Source of the DNA: a virus
Length of the DNA stretch: 40,667 nucleotides
Virus record (IMG/VR): IMGVR_UViG_3300034135_000005
Location: 1 to 40,667 of that record
Direction: 5' to 3' (one strand)
The position numbers and the translations under genes were made by a program. This document shows positions 16,628-25,934 of the stretch, piece after piece. The notes beneath the pieces were generated by a model. The model did not search any database and was not told the DNA's origin. It worked only from the letters and a program-made list of their open reading frames with translations. The stretch's first letter is position 1, and each line of letters opens with the position of its first letter.

Positions 16628-17268
16628 CACCCGGCATGACAACGGCGCTATCGCAGCGCCGCGTCACCATCGCCGGACTAATCAAGATCGTGCTGCCGGG
16701 TCACACCGTGCGGCTTTGCGACGGCTCGGCTTCCATCGTGTTCGACGGGGAGACGTACACCGGCAAGGACGATGTGTTCGGTGTGATTGAAAGCATCGAC
16801 GCAATCGGTGAGGCTGTCGGCGACACGATGCCGGCGCTGGCGCTGACGGTCATTCCTCCGCCTGATGTGGCAGCGGCCGATTGCTGCAACGCGGCGATGC
16901 AGGGTTCGCAGGTGCGGGTGTGGATGGCTGCCGTCGATGCCGACACCGGGTTGGTGGTGCCGGACCCGGAACTGCTGTTCGCCGGGGAACTCGACACCGC
17001 CTCGCTCGAGACCGAGGGCGCGACACGGCGGATCAACCTTGAGGTGGTGAGCGTGTTCGAGCGGCTGTTTGAGCCCGACGAAGGCGCGCGGCTTGCGGAC
17101 AGCTTCCACCAGTGGGTGCATCCGGGGGAGCTGGGCTTCGATCAGATGACGGGAACGCCGGTCGATCGGCTGTGGGGGCCGGGTGAGCGCAACGGCGGGG
17201 CTACGGTTGTGGGTACTGGCGGCGGCGGTTCGGGCGGTGGCTTCAACGAGCGGCAGGCCGAACTCTAA
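16624..17268 (+). CDS. Minor tail / hub protein (DUF2163/BR0599-like)
   Basis: Pattern VRLCDGSASIVFDGETYTG. Position after the distal tail protein. Confidence 0.6.
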   Translation: MTPGMTTALSQRRVTIAGLIKIVLPGHTVRLCDGSASIVFDGETYTGKDDVFGVIESIDAIGEAVGDTMPALALTVIPPPDVAAADCCNAAMQGSQVRVWMAAVDADTGLVVPDPELLFAGELDTASLETEGATRRINLEVVSVFERLFEPDEGARLADSFHQWVHPGELGFDQMTGTPVDRLWGPGERNGGATVVGTGGGGSGGGFNERQAEL

Positions 17269-17570
17269 GGCTGGGTGCAGCCCGTCACCTGCTTGCTGCT
17301 CAGCCACGACCTGACGCGGGTTCCTCCCGCGACAGTTTCGAGGTCGATCCGGGACTTGGCGGTGTTGTCCACCACCCATAGCAGCGTGACCGAACCGGGC
17401 CGATCCGGCTGGCGATAGACGTTGGGGGCGGGGTGGCCGTCCATATCGACCAAGCACCTTTCAATGTCGCCTAGCGCGCGCGCCGAGACCATCTCGGCGT
17501 CGATGGACTTGCGATCGAACTTCGAAATCGGGCCGTCGAGCAACGCGGCGAACGTCAACAGAATGAACAC
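17265..17570 (-). CDS. Reverse-strand small protein embedded in the tail operon (hydrophobic N-terminus; moron)
   Basis: Very high GC3 in the minus frame. GTG preceded by GAGGTG. Its stop codon overlaps the stop of the convergent upstream tail gene. Confidence 0.65.
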   Translation of the reverse strand: MFILLTFAALLDGPISKFDRKSIDAEMVSARALGDIERCLVDMDGHPAPNVYRQPDRPGSVTLLWVVDNTAKSRIDLETVAGGTRVRSWLSSKQVTGCTQP

Positions 17571-17604
17571 GCGAACACCTCGCTTCAGTGAGTCGGAGAA
17601 CCGT

Positions 17605-18072
17605 ATGCCAAAAGGAAGGGGATTGGCAGCGGTGAAGAAGCCGGTCTCTGACCTTGAGCGGCGCATCGCGGCTGTGAACGCGACGCGCTCGCACTTCGGT
17701 GGCAGGCCTTTTGAGTGGGGGAAGACCGACTGCGCCAAGGTGGCCTCGTTCCACCTCCGTCAGATGGGGCACCACAAACCACTCGGGATCGAGAAGGCGG
17801 GCACGTATCGCACCGCGCTAAAGGCCAAGCGCGCGTTGACCAAGGCCGGCTTCGTCAGCCTTGGCGATGCGCTCGACGGCGCGGGGCTGCTCCGCATTCC
17901 GCCCGCGGCCGCTTTGCCCGGCGATCTGATCATCACACCTGGGACCGACGATTGGGAGGCGCTCACGATCGTCGCCGGCAACATGGCGATCCTCGGCTTC
18001 CACGAAGACGTGGAGGGCTTGCAGGTCATCCGGCTCACCGCGCCTTCGCTTGGCCAAGGCTGGCGCGCATGA
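17605..18072 (+). CDS. Tail-associated NlpC/P60-like (DUF6950-like) protein
   Basis: RBS GGAGA before the ATG. GRPFEWGKTDCAKV..LPGDLII pattern. Confidence 0.6.
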   Translation: MPKGRGLAAVKKPVSDLERRIAAVNATRSHFGGRPFEWGKTDCAKVASFHLRQMGHHKPLGIEKAGTYRTALKAKRALTKAGFVSLGDALDGAGLLRIPPAAALPGDLIITPGTDDWEALTIVAGNMAILGFHEDVEGLQVIRLTAPSLGQGWRA

Positions 18073-19973
18073 GCAAGGTTCTGCGCACCGTAGGGCAGGT
18101 GGCCGGCGTGGTCGCGGCGGTGGCCTCGGTAGCTGCGCTGGTGACAGGAAATCCCGCGCTGGCTGCCACGCTGGCGAAGGTGTCGAAGATCGCCTTCGCG
18201 GTGGCTGCCGTCGCCACTGTCGGGGCGCAGCTGACCGCCAAAAGACCCTCGAGCGAGAGGGGCGGGTTGCAGCTCAGTTTCAAGATCGATCCTGGGGGAC
18301 CGATTCCCTACGCGATGGGCCGGACGGCGGTGGGCGGCACGGTGGTGCATCGCGAGACCTATGGCACCGACAATCATTACGAGACGTGGTTCGTCGTGCT
18401 CAGCCATGCCGGCGGTGCGAAGAACGGCATCGAAGGCTTCGACGACTTCACCGCCGATCGCGTAAGCGTGCCGTTCAGCGGCACCGCAGCAACCGGCTAT
18501 TTCAGCAACTGGATGTGGCAAGACCGTCAGCTCGGCGCGTCGCCAGAAGCGGATGCGCTCGGGCATGGCGTCGTCAGCCCGCCATTCGGCAGCGTTCCGG
18601 GGGTCGTTCCCGGCTGGTCAACTGCGCACAAGCTGTCGGGCTATGCGGCGTCATCGTGGACGCTGCTGTTCGACACCAAGGCGCGACGGTATCAGAACGG
18701 CGAGCCGGACCCGGCGTGGATCATCAAGGGCGTGAAGGTCTACGACCCGCGCCTTGATAGTACCTATCCGGGTGGCGCTGGTTCCTGTCGCTGGGCCGAT
18801 CCTTCGGACACGGTGGCACATGAAGCGGCGCGCGCGACGTGGGTCGATTCAGAGACGCCCGCGCTTCACGAACTGAAGTGGGCGCTCGGCATTTGGGGCA
18901 CGGCAGCGGGGCAGTCGTTCCGCAAGATCATGGGCGTGGGTGCGCCGATCGATCTGGTCGATGTCGCCGCGTATGTCGAGGCTGCCAACGTCCAAGAGGC
19001 GAACGGGTGGAAGGTCGGCGGGCAGATCGACAGCGCCGGGGACAAGTGGGAGAACTTGAAGCTGATCGGGCAGGCTGGCGGATCAGAGCCCATCGCCAAC
19101 GGTGCGCGGCTCTCGACGATGGTCAAGGCACCCCGCGTATCGCTTGGCACGATCACACGCGACGACCTCGCCGATGGCACGATCACGGTGCCGGCGATGC
19201 AGCCGCGGCGCGAGCGGATCAACGGCTTCCGCCCCCGCTTCCGTAGCGAGGCGCACGGGTGGGAGATGGTCAGCACCAACCTGGTGCAGATCGCGGACGC
19301 GCTGGCGGAGGACGGCGCACCACGGACGGCAAGCGGTGAGTACGCGCTGGTTCAGGATGCCGATCAGGCGGTGCAGCTTGGCGCTTACGAGATCCTCGAA
19401 GCGCGCGAGCGCAAGCCGATCACGCTGCCGCTCAAGCCGCGGTTCGCAGCGTATCGCATTGGGGACTGTCTGACGCTCGAGCTTGAAGAGTACGGCATCG
19501 ACGGGATCGATGCGGTGGTGCGGGGGAGGTCGATCGATCCCATGACCGGCATCGTCACGCTCACCTTCGCGACCGAGACGGCGGGCAAGCACGCAATTGC
19601 GCTGGCGCAGGCTGGTGTGGTCGATCCCGTGCCGGACACACCCGATCCGCAGGCGGGGGTTCCGGCCCCCGACGGTGCCGACTGGACGCTCGACGCTTCG
19701 ACCGATCAGGTGGGGATCGTCTTCACTGGCGCAGTCGGGAACACGAACGCGACGCAGGTTGTGTTCAGCTATCGCGTGGACGGCGAGACCGAGTGGATGG
19801 GCGCGGGCAGCGACGACGTTGCGGTCACGGCGAAGGCGGTGGGCGGGCTGGCGGCTAACACTGCCTACGAGGGCTCCGTTCAATACATGGTGCGGGGGCA
19901 GCTTTCCGAGCGGCTGATCCTCGGGCCGGTGACGACCGAGACAGAGCTGATCCTCGACGGGAACTTCTTCTGA
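18069..19973 (+). CDS. Host specificity / central tail fibre protein (lambda J-like)
   Basis: ATGA overlap at 18069. 634 aa. Hydrophobic N-terminal segment, IKGVKVYDPR motif. Confidence 0.8.
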   Translation: MSKVLRTVGQVAGVVAAVASVAALVTGNPALAATLAKVSKIAFAVAAVATVGAQLTAKRPSSERGGLQLSFKIDPGGPIPYAMGRTAVGGTVVHRETYGTDNHYETWFVVLSHAGGAKNGIEGFDDFTADRVSVPFSGTAATGYFSNWMWQDRQLGASPEADALGHGVVSPPFGSVPGVVPGWSTAHKLSGYAASSWTLLFDTKARRYQNGEPDPAWIIKGVKVYDPRLDSTYPGGAGSCRWADPSDTVAHEAARATWVDSETPALHELKWALGIWGTAAGQSFRKIMGVGAPIDLVDVAAYVEAANVQEANGWKVGGQIDSAGDKWENLKLIGQAGGSEPIANGARLSTMVKAPRVSLGTITRDDLADGTITVPAMQPRRERINGFRPRFRSEAHGWEMVSTNLVQIADALAEDGAPRTASGEYALVQDADQAVQLGAYEILEARERKPITLPLKPRFAAYRIGDCLTLELEEYGIDGIDAVVRGRSIDPMTGIVTLTFATETAGKHAIALAQAGVVDPVPDTPDPQAGVPAPDGADWTLDASTDQVGIVFTGAVGNTNATQVVFSYRVDGETEWMGAGSDDVAVTAKAVGGLAANTAYEGSVQYMVRGQLSERLILGPVTTETELILDGNFF

Positions 19974-20992
19974 TGGCCGTCACGATCACCTATCGGCTGA
20001 AGCACGCCTACAAGACCGCGGCGGAGTGGACCGCGGCGGACCCGGTGTTGCTTGCCGGTGAGTATGGCATCGAGAGCGACACCAAGAAGCGCAAGCTCGG
20101 CGACGGCGTGACGGCTTGGACCGCGCTCGACTACGACGGCGCGTTAGGTGCTGCGCTGACGGCGTTGAACGGGCTCACCCCGGCGGCGGATCGTGTGCCG
20201 TATTTCACCGGGGCGAGTTCGGCTGCGCTGGCGACGTTCACGGCGTTCGGTCGGTCGCTGATCGACGACGCCGACGCCGCGGCGGGCCGAGCGACTTTGG
20301 GGGCTGCCGGTCTGGCCGGTGGCAATTCCTTCACCGGCAACCAAGGGGTCACCAACAACCAAGCCGGCAATACTGCGCTCGACGTGACCAACACCAGCGC
20401 ATCGGGGTTCGGGCTGTACCTACAGGGCGGCGGCGTCAGCAACTACATCGCCAATTTCTGCGACTACACCGGCGCATCGGTGTTGCAGATCACCTCCACC
20501 TTTTTCCGGCCGGGGACCGACAACACGGTCAACCTGGGCTCGGGCAGCAACCGCCTCGCGCTGGTCGTTTCGGCGGGTGGCGTGGTGACCACCTCGGACG
20601 AGACGCACAAGGCCGAGATCGGGCCAATCCCCGATGCCGTGCTTGATGCTTGGGCGGATGTCGAATGGCTGCGCTTCAAGGTAGACGGTGGCATCCGATG
20701 GCACACGGGTGTCGTGGCGCAGCGGATCATCCGCGTGTTCAAGCGCCACAGCCTCGACGCCACGGAATACGGCCTGCTGTGCCGGGAGTCGTGGGGAGCG
20801 ACCCGCGCCCGCAAAGCGCAACTAGACAAAGAGGGAAGGGTGGTTCGCCCTGCCGTTGCGAAGCGATCTGCAGGCTCCATCTGGATGGTTCGCTACGATG
20901 AGGCGAGCGCGATGGAGCACGCCCTGAACCGCCGTGAGCGCGCGCGGATGCGGGCTGAGATCGACGAACTTCGCCGGCTTCTTGCCGGCTAA
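19973..20992 (+). CDS. Tail fibre with Mtd-N-like N-terminus and C-terminal S74 intramolecular chaperone
   Basis: N-terminus TAAEWTAADPVLLAGEYGIESDTKKRKLGDGVTAWTAL. S74 signature TTSDETHKAEIGPIP..VEWLRFKV. Confidence 0.85.
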   Translation: MAVTITYRLKHAYKTAAEWTAADPVLLAGEYGIESDTKKRKLGDGVTAWTALDYDGALGAALTALNGLTPAADRVPYFTGASSAALATFTAFGRSLIDDADAAAGRATLGAAGLAGGNSFTGNQGVTNNQAGNTALDVTNTSASGFGLYLQGGGVSNYIANFCDYTGASVLQITSTFFRPGTDNTVNLGSGSNRLALVVSAGGVVTTSDETHKAEIGPIPDAVLDAWADVEWLRFKVDGGIRWHTGVVAQRIIRVFKRHSLDATEYGLLCRESWGATRARKAQLDKEGRVVRPAVAKRSAGSIWMVRYDEASAMEHALNRRERARMRAEIDELRRLLAG

Positions 20993-21009
20993 CCCGACCG
21001 GAGAATCCC

Positions 21010-21396
21010 ATGCCAGGAAGTGATTACCGCGCGGCGCTCGCCGCGGCGGGGGTCGGCTATTTGCCGCTCTCCTGCGGACGGTTCGTGCCGTTCGACCGCA
21101 CGCTCGTATTCGAGGACGTGGACTACTCGGGAGCGACCTTCCTCGGGCAAGTGCGGCTGAAGCCTGATGCCAGCGGTTCGGCAGTCGCAAGCTTCACGGT
21201 CACGCCCAGCTTCGCCACCCCGAACACACTGGTGCGTCTTCAGATCGCAGAGGCGACGATGGAAGCCATGCCGGCCGCGGCGGAGCAGGGCGCGAACCTG
21301 ACGCTTTATTGGGATCTGCACGTCACCCCATCGGGCTCGTCCAAGCAGATGATGCTGGCGGGCGAGTTCACCGTTCTGGCGGGAGTTACGCAATGA
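21010..21396 (+). CDS. Hypothetical protein (tail-fibre region)
   Basis: ATG ORF coupled to the next gene. No recognisable motif. Confidence 0.6.
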   Translation: MPGSDYRAALAAAGVGYLPLSCGRFVPFDRTLVFEDVDYSGATFLGQVRLKPDASGSAVASFTVTPSFATPNTLVRLQIAEATMEAMPAAAEQGANLTLYWDLHVTPSGSSKQMMLAGEFTVLAGVTQ

Positions 21397-22937
21397 GCGA
21401 CACGATCGTCCGCGTCGGTTCGTCCGATGTCGTGGTGCGGCTTTACGATCCCGGCGCGCTGGCAATCCTTGGCGAGATCAACGCTGCTGCCGATGCGGTT
21501 AGCGACCTGATCGAGGATGCCGAAGCGGCGGCAGGAACGGCAACAGCAGCGGCAGCCGAGCTATTCAGCCCATGGGGGCCGAAGGCGGTGTCGGTCCCTG
21601 CCTACGCCAACGCGATCACCAAGAAGATCGTCCTGTGGAGCGCAAAGAGCCGCGATCTCTACGTGTCGCTGGTGCAGACCTCGACCACGCAAATCCGGGT
21701 TATCGTAAGCGACCCCGCATTGAACGACGATCAGGTGGGCGTGTTTCAGCTCGCCTCACCCGATTACTCTGCCGGGGGCGTGAACCTGCCCGATCGCATC
21801 CTGTTTCTTGGACAGGACCCGCTTGCCGGTGTGCCGGGGGGCGATCCGGACGGCGCTAACTACACGGGCCTTGAAGGCTACCTGGAGCTTCACAAAGGCG
21901 CAGTGGTCGAGGGTCCGGCGGCTATTCAGCCAACGGGTGTAACCGAGACCCAGATCAACCCGCTCAACATCCACACGACCTATTCAGTCCCGGCGACGGT
22001 GCGCGACAATCGCCTATGGCGCTATCGCGATGTGATCGAAGCGGGGCCGGGCCGGGCATTCGCCACCCCGCGCGAGGCCGTCGAAGCGCTCTACACGCCC
22101 GACTCGCTTGCCCAGCTCGCAGCGGCTCCGCTGGGCGTGGCGGTGCAGCCCGAGAGCTTCCGCGCGACAGCGATCAATCCGGTGCTGATCGTCATCGACG
22201 TGCCGGACGCCGGCAGCCCGTTGGAGCCTTGGCAGGATCAGAACCTGCACCTGCCCAACTACGTGTCGATGATGGCGCGCTACCCCGGCGCGGTGTGGTT
22301 CGAGCATTCGCCCGGCGCGACGCGGCCGATCTTGCAGGCGCATCTCACCCACCAGCTCATCGATATCAACTGGCGCAACACCGTGCCCGAGGGAACGGAT
22401 TACGGCACGTCACCCACGACCAGCAGCGCACGCTACGCCGTTCACCGCGATTATTTCCACCTGTTCCAAGGCCCGGATGCGGAAGGTGACTTCGCGCGCG
22501 CCGCGCTGTTGCAGATCATCGGCGGGTCCATGGTGGTCGGACCCAGCGCAAACATTCAGCCGTTCGGCTCGGCGATCACCGTTCAGGACACCGTCGAAAT
22601 CCTCGACACCGTGCTTGACGTTGAGAACGCTGCCTACGGCGGATCACTCGCATCGGCGAACAACTCAAGCCTCGCATTCGGTGGCGGGCGCTTCACCTTC
22701 CGCAATTGCTGGGACCGTTCGGGCCGCGTGGACACTCCTACCGTCGCGGTGCAGACCAAGACCAACGCGGCCTATCCCAACATCCTCAACATCGACGGGT
22801 GCCGCGGCTTTGAGAAGGTCTCGCTTTCGCCGGGCTCGGGCGGCTCGTTCGTCGGCAAGTGGGTCCTGATCGGCAACAACACGATCACGGCTGGCGACGT
22901 GGAGAGCACGATCGTCGGCGACACGCTGGGGCTGTGA
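21393..22937 (+). CDS. Putative second receptor-binding / tail spike-like protein
   Basis: ATGA overlap at 21393. 514 aa, Ala-rich coiled N-terminus then a large beta-rich-looking domain. Function inferred from position only. Confidence 0.5.
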   Translation: MSDTIVRVGSSDVVVRLYDPGALAILGEINAAADAVSDLIEDAEAAAGTATAAAAELFSPWGPKAVSVPAYANAITKKIVLWSAKSRDLYVSLVQTSTTQIRVIVSDPALNDDQVGVFQLASPDYSAGGVNLPDRILFLGQDPLAGVPGGDPDGANYTGLEGYLELHKGAVVEGPAAIQPTGVTETQINPLNIHTTYSVPATVRDNRLWRYRDVIEAGPGRAFATPREAVEALYTPDSLAQLAAAPLGVAVQPESFRATAINPVLIVIDVPDAGSPLEPWQDQNLHLPNYVSMMARYPGAVWFEHSPGATRPILQAHLTHQLIDINWRNTVPEGTDYGTSPTTSSARYAVHRDYFHLFQGPDAEGDFARAALLQIIGGSMVVGPSANIQPFGSAITVQDTVEILDTVLDVENAAYGGSLASANNSSLAFGGGRFTFRNCWDRSGRVDTPTVAVQTKTNAAYPNILNIDGCRGFEKVSLSPGSGGSFVGKWVLIGNNTITAGDVESTIVGDTLGL

Positions 22938-23284
22938 TGATCGACCCCCGCTATCTGCTTGGCCCTGCGCTGATCGTGGCGGGGGGTGTGGTGCTGTTCA
23001 CGGCGTTCCGGCTGTGGATGGTCAACCCGCTGAACCGCGTCTTCCGGCTCGGCCCGTTGGTGACATTGGGCGGCATGGAGGCACTGCTGCGGCTCCGCCT
23101 CACCCTGTTCGCGTTCGGGCTGATGACCGTGGTCAGCGGCATTTACCGCATTGCCGTTTGGCAGTTCGGGCAGGGTCTTGATGCCCCGGTTTCGCAATTC
23201 CTCGGGTCCGCGGAAACGGTCCTGGCAATCTGGGCAGCGTATCTCGCCAGTAGAGCGGCGGTGCGGCTGTGGCTCGTAGGGTGA
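22937..23284 (+). CDS. Membrane protein, about 3-4 TM (holin candidate)
   Basis: Hydrophobic segments LGPALIVAGGVVLFTAF, LTLFAFGLMTVVSGIY, VLAIWAAYLA. First gene of the lysis block. Confidence 0.6.
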   Translation: MIDPRYLLGPALIVAGGVVLFTAFRLWMVNPLNRVFRLGPLVTLGGMEALLRLRLTLFAFGLMTVVSGIYRIAVWQFGQGLDAPVSQFLGSAETVLAIWAAYLASRAAVRLWLVG

Positions 23285-23676
23285 TCGCCTCTATGCTCGA
23301 CAATCCGGCGTCGCTGATCGGCTATCTGATCGCGTTCGCAACCTTGCTGGGTACGTGGTTCTTCAATCACCGCAAAGCGGACATCGACGCAAGCGGGCAG
23401 GCGCTCACCGCGTGGCAGGACCTCGTTAAGAGCCACAAGGAAGACATGAAGTCTCTCCGCGAGGAGCTGATCGCCTACAAGACGAGCGCCACCAAAGAGA
23501 TCAGCGATCTTCGCCAGCGGGTTACGGACCTGGAAGGGCTGGTTCGTCACAAGGACGACGAGATCGCCGGCCTAAAGCGAACGATCGCGCAGCACAGTCA
23601 GAGCAACGCGGTGATGCTCGGCGACATCAACGCGCCGGGCCGGACGGGCGACAACTCACGGGGGCGGAAGCCATGA
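23281..23676 (+). CDS. Single-TM coiled-coil protein (lysis-associated)
   Basis: GTGA overlap at 23281. TM segment LIGYLIAFATLLGTWFF followed by a coiled coil. Confidence 0.55.
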   Translation: MIASMLDNPASLIGYLIAFATLLGTWFFNHRKADIDASGQALTAWQDLVKSHKEDMKSLREELIAYKTSATKEISDLRQRVTDLEGLVRHKDDEIAGLKRTIAQHSQSNAVMLGDINAPGRTGDNSRGRKP

Positions 23677-24068
23677 ACGCATTGAAGATGCCTGACGCGC
23701 GCGGGTGGATCGGCATCGGCGTGTTCGCGCTGTCCGTCATGCTGCTGTGGATGATGAAAGACCCGGCGCTTCGGGGCGACGAGTTCTTTCAGACCATCGC
23801 GACGGTCATCATCGCGAACGGGCTTATGGCCGTCATTTCGTGGGCGTACGCGGCAACTAAGAACGGCGGCGAGCTGGCGGAGAAGAACGCCGCGATCGTC
23901 GCTGAAAGCGCCACCGCCAGCGTCGCCATAGCCGCAGCGCTGCCGACCCCCGACAGGCCGCAGCCAGTGGAGGTGGTAAACACGCCCGCCGCGCCAGTGC
24001 CGACAGAGGCTGTTGCGGCTGCTGCGGAGCCTACGGACGCCGCTGATCTACCGGATTACGCCAAGTGA
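23673..24068 (+). CDS. Two-TM membrane protein (holin candidate)
   Basis: TM segments WIGIGVFALSVMLLWMM and TVIIANGLMAVISWAYA. Immediately upstream of the endolysin gene. Confidence 0.6.
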   Translation: MNALKMPDARGWIGIGVFALSVMLLWMMKDPALRGDEFFQTIATVIIANGLMAVISWAYAATKNGGELAEKNAAIVAESATASVAIAAALPTPDRPQPVEVVNTPAAPVPTEAVAAAAEPTDAADLPDYAK

Positions 24069-24658
24069 CCGCGGTCAACCGCAAGCCAGTCTTTCAGGCC
24101 GTGCGCGCGCTTCGGAACGGGCAGGTCTTCACGCTAGCCGAGGTGAAGCTGCTAGACGCTGCGATCGACGAGGCGATGGGGGGTGACACCCGCGTCGATA
24201 CCCCACCGACCGGACGGCAGGTGAGCAAGCGCGGCATCGATTTGATGCACGCCTTTGAGGGGTGCCGCCTTGATGCGTACCCGGACCCGGGCAGCAGCGA
24301 CGGCAACCCTTGGACGATTGGCTGGGGCAGCACCGGCCCCGGCATCGCTAAGGGCGTACGGTGGACGCAGGCGCAAGCTGACGAGCGGTTCGCGCGGGAT
24401 CTGCGAAAGTATGCGGACGAGGTGAGCAAGGCGATCGGCAGCGCGCCGACTGACCAAAGCCAGTTCGATGCCCTAGTCGCATTCCATTACAACACCGGCA
24501 AGATCGCCAGCGCCACGCTCACCAAGAAGCACAAGGCGGGCGACTACGCGGGTGCGGCTGCCGAGTTCGCCCGGTGGGTCCGAAACGACGGCAAGGTGAT
24601 GAAAGGCCTTGTCCGCCGCCGCGCCGCCGAGGCCGCGCTTTATCTGGCAGACGGCTGA
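24065..24658 (+). CDS. Endolysin, GH24 phage lysozyme
   Basis: E-D-T triad context HAFEGCRLDAYPDPG..WTIGWG, plus ALVAFHYNTG and GLVRRRAAE. Confidence 0.9.
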   Translation: MTAVNRKPVFQAVRALRNGQVFTLAEVKLLDAAIDEAMGGDTRVDTPPTGRQVSKRGIDLMHAFEGCRLDAYPDPGSSDGNPWTIGWGSTGPGIAKGVRWTQAQADERFARDLRKYADEVSKAIGSAPTDQSQFDALVAFHYNTGKIASATLTKKHKAGDYAGAAAEFARWVRNDGKVMKGLVRRRAAEAALYLADG

Positions 24659-25029
24659 TGCCCCTAGGAAGCCTCTGGAGCAGCATCGTCGCCGCCAAGG
24701 CCGCAATCCTCACCGGATGCGCTGTTGCCGCTGTGTGTCTCCCGCTGGGCTACTGCAAAGGCCATGACGCTGCCACGGACAAGGCTGCTCTGTCGATCGA
24801 GCGGGCGACCACCGCCGCGCTGCGCATCGTGGGCGCCGCCAACGAGATCGCCGCCGCAACTCGCATTCGCGACACGGTGCGGATCACCACTCAGGACAAG
24901 GACCGAACCGATGCGATCACCGCTGCCCCGCAGTCGCGCACTGGCGCTGCTACTCGCCAGCTTGGCTGTGTCCGCTTGCGACAAGCAGGTCAGGATCGAG
25001 CAGCCGACGCCGCCGGTTGCCGACGTTAG
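24658..25029 (+). CDS. i-spanin (Rz-like)
   Basis: TGATG overlap. N-terminal TM segment IVAAKAAILTGCAVAAVCL, then a helical periplasmic domain. Confidence 0.75.
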   Translation: MPLGSLWSSIVAAKAAILTGCAVAAVCLPLGYCKGHDAATDKAALSIERATTAALRIVGAANEIAAATRIRDTVRITTQDKDRTDAITAAPQSRTGAATRQLGCVRLRQAGQDRAADAAGCRR

Positions 25030-25210
25030 GGCGCTAGTCGAACCGAAGCCGGCGATCGTTGGCGACATCGTGAACGACGACACCGCAGCGGCGCTGCACT
25101 CGTCGAAGGTCGAGACGTGGGGCGATGGGCTGTCTGCGGCCGGCGCTCGTATGTGCCGCTGGTTCGCGGAGACGGGTGCCAAGCTGCCGTTCGATTGCCC
25201 GAAGCCCTAG
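24911..25210 (+). CDS. o-spanin (Rz1-like lipoprotein), overlapping the i-spanin in another frame
   Basis: MRSPLPRSRALALLLASLAVSAC lipobox. Pro-rich mature part. Confidence 0.75.
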   Translation: MRSPLPRSRALALLLASLAVSACDKQVRIEQPTPPVADVRALVEPKPAIVGDIVNDDTAAALHSSKVETWGDGLSAAGARMCRWFAETGAKLPFDCPKP

Positions 25211-25527
25211 GGCCTCCACGGCTCCCGCGCACCCAACCGCCGCTCGTCTATCCGCCAGTGCATCGCCAGCTTTAGCCGGTCATCCTCCGATAACCGCTCT
25301 GGCGTCCCCCTGCGTAGGTATTGCTGCATCCAGGCTACGTTGCGACCCAACAGGCGGGAGAGGTACACGAGGCTGTCACCGTGCGCCTCGATCAGCCGCT
25401 CGACCTCTGCGCGCACGTCCTCATGATCCATCGCCAGCGCGGCGGCTTCGGTGTCGTGGCAGGTGGTGGTGAGCTTCAGGCCCCATCCGCGCAACGCATC
25501 GTCCGGCAGTTCGCCCGTCGTCAGCAA
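25207..25527 (-). CDS. XRE-type HTH regulator of the accessory island (start uncertain: TTG 25527 or ATG 25431)
   Basis: HTH-like LVYLSRLLGRNVAWMQQYLRRGTPERLSEDDRLKLA. High GC3 continues upstream of ATG 25431 and across a TAG at 25537-25539. Confidence 0.6.
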   Translation of the reverse strand: MLTTGELPDDALRGWGLKLTTTCHDTEAAALAMDHEDVRAEVERLIEAHGDSLVYLSRLLGRNVAWMQQYLRRGTPERLSEDDRLKLAMHWRIDERRLGAREPWRP

Positions 25528-25536
25528 ATGCTCGAG

Positions 25537-25632
25537 CTAGCGGCCTAACCCTCCGGGGGAGATGATCGCGCGAGACTGCACATGGCTGGTGTCGCCGGAT
25601 ATGGTGAGGGTGAAGCGATCGGGGAGGTTCAT
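25537..25632 (-). pseudogene. 31-codon coding-like segment in frame with the HTH gene, separated from it by one TAG
   Basis: MNLPDRFTLTISGDTSHVQSRAIISPGGLGR-TAG-LEH-(TTG). High GC3 but no RBS. Confidence 0.35.
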
Positions 25633-25716
25633 GCGGAAGAACGTTGCAGGAACGCGGGCGATTCGCTAGGGTGCGATTGCTGCGGCGGCTTTTCACGACA
25701 GGCACCCACCGACGCC

Positions 25717-25899
25717 CTAGTGATAAGCTCGCCATCGGTGGTGGAGAGGCGTCAGCGCGCCGCCGCAGCACCTAGTCTTCCATATCGCGCCGCTCGGGCT
25801 CGCCCACGACCTCGCAGCTACCAGCGCCGTATCGCGGTCGATCTGCAGGACTTGGACGAGCGGGAGAGGTTCGATTTCTGGTGCGCCGAATTCTGTCAT
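25717..25899 (-). CDS. Small hypothetical protein (60 aa)
   Basis: Good RBS AGGAGACGAAGG before the ATG. Moderate GC3. The C-terminal half looks non-coding-like. Confidence 0.4.
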   Translation of the reverse strand: MTEFGAPEIEPLPLVQVLQIDRDTALVAARSWASPSGAIWKTRCCGGALTPLHHRWRAYH

Positions 25900-25934
25900 C
25901 CTTCGTCTCCTATGCTATCGGGTGGTGTCGCTAA

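Noticed and set aside
19973-20992. Diversity-generating retroelement, suggested by the Mtd-N-like tail fibre N-terminus
   Set aside because: There is no reverse transcriptase gene anywhere in the genome, and no template/variable repeat pair was seen near the fibre 3' end.
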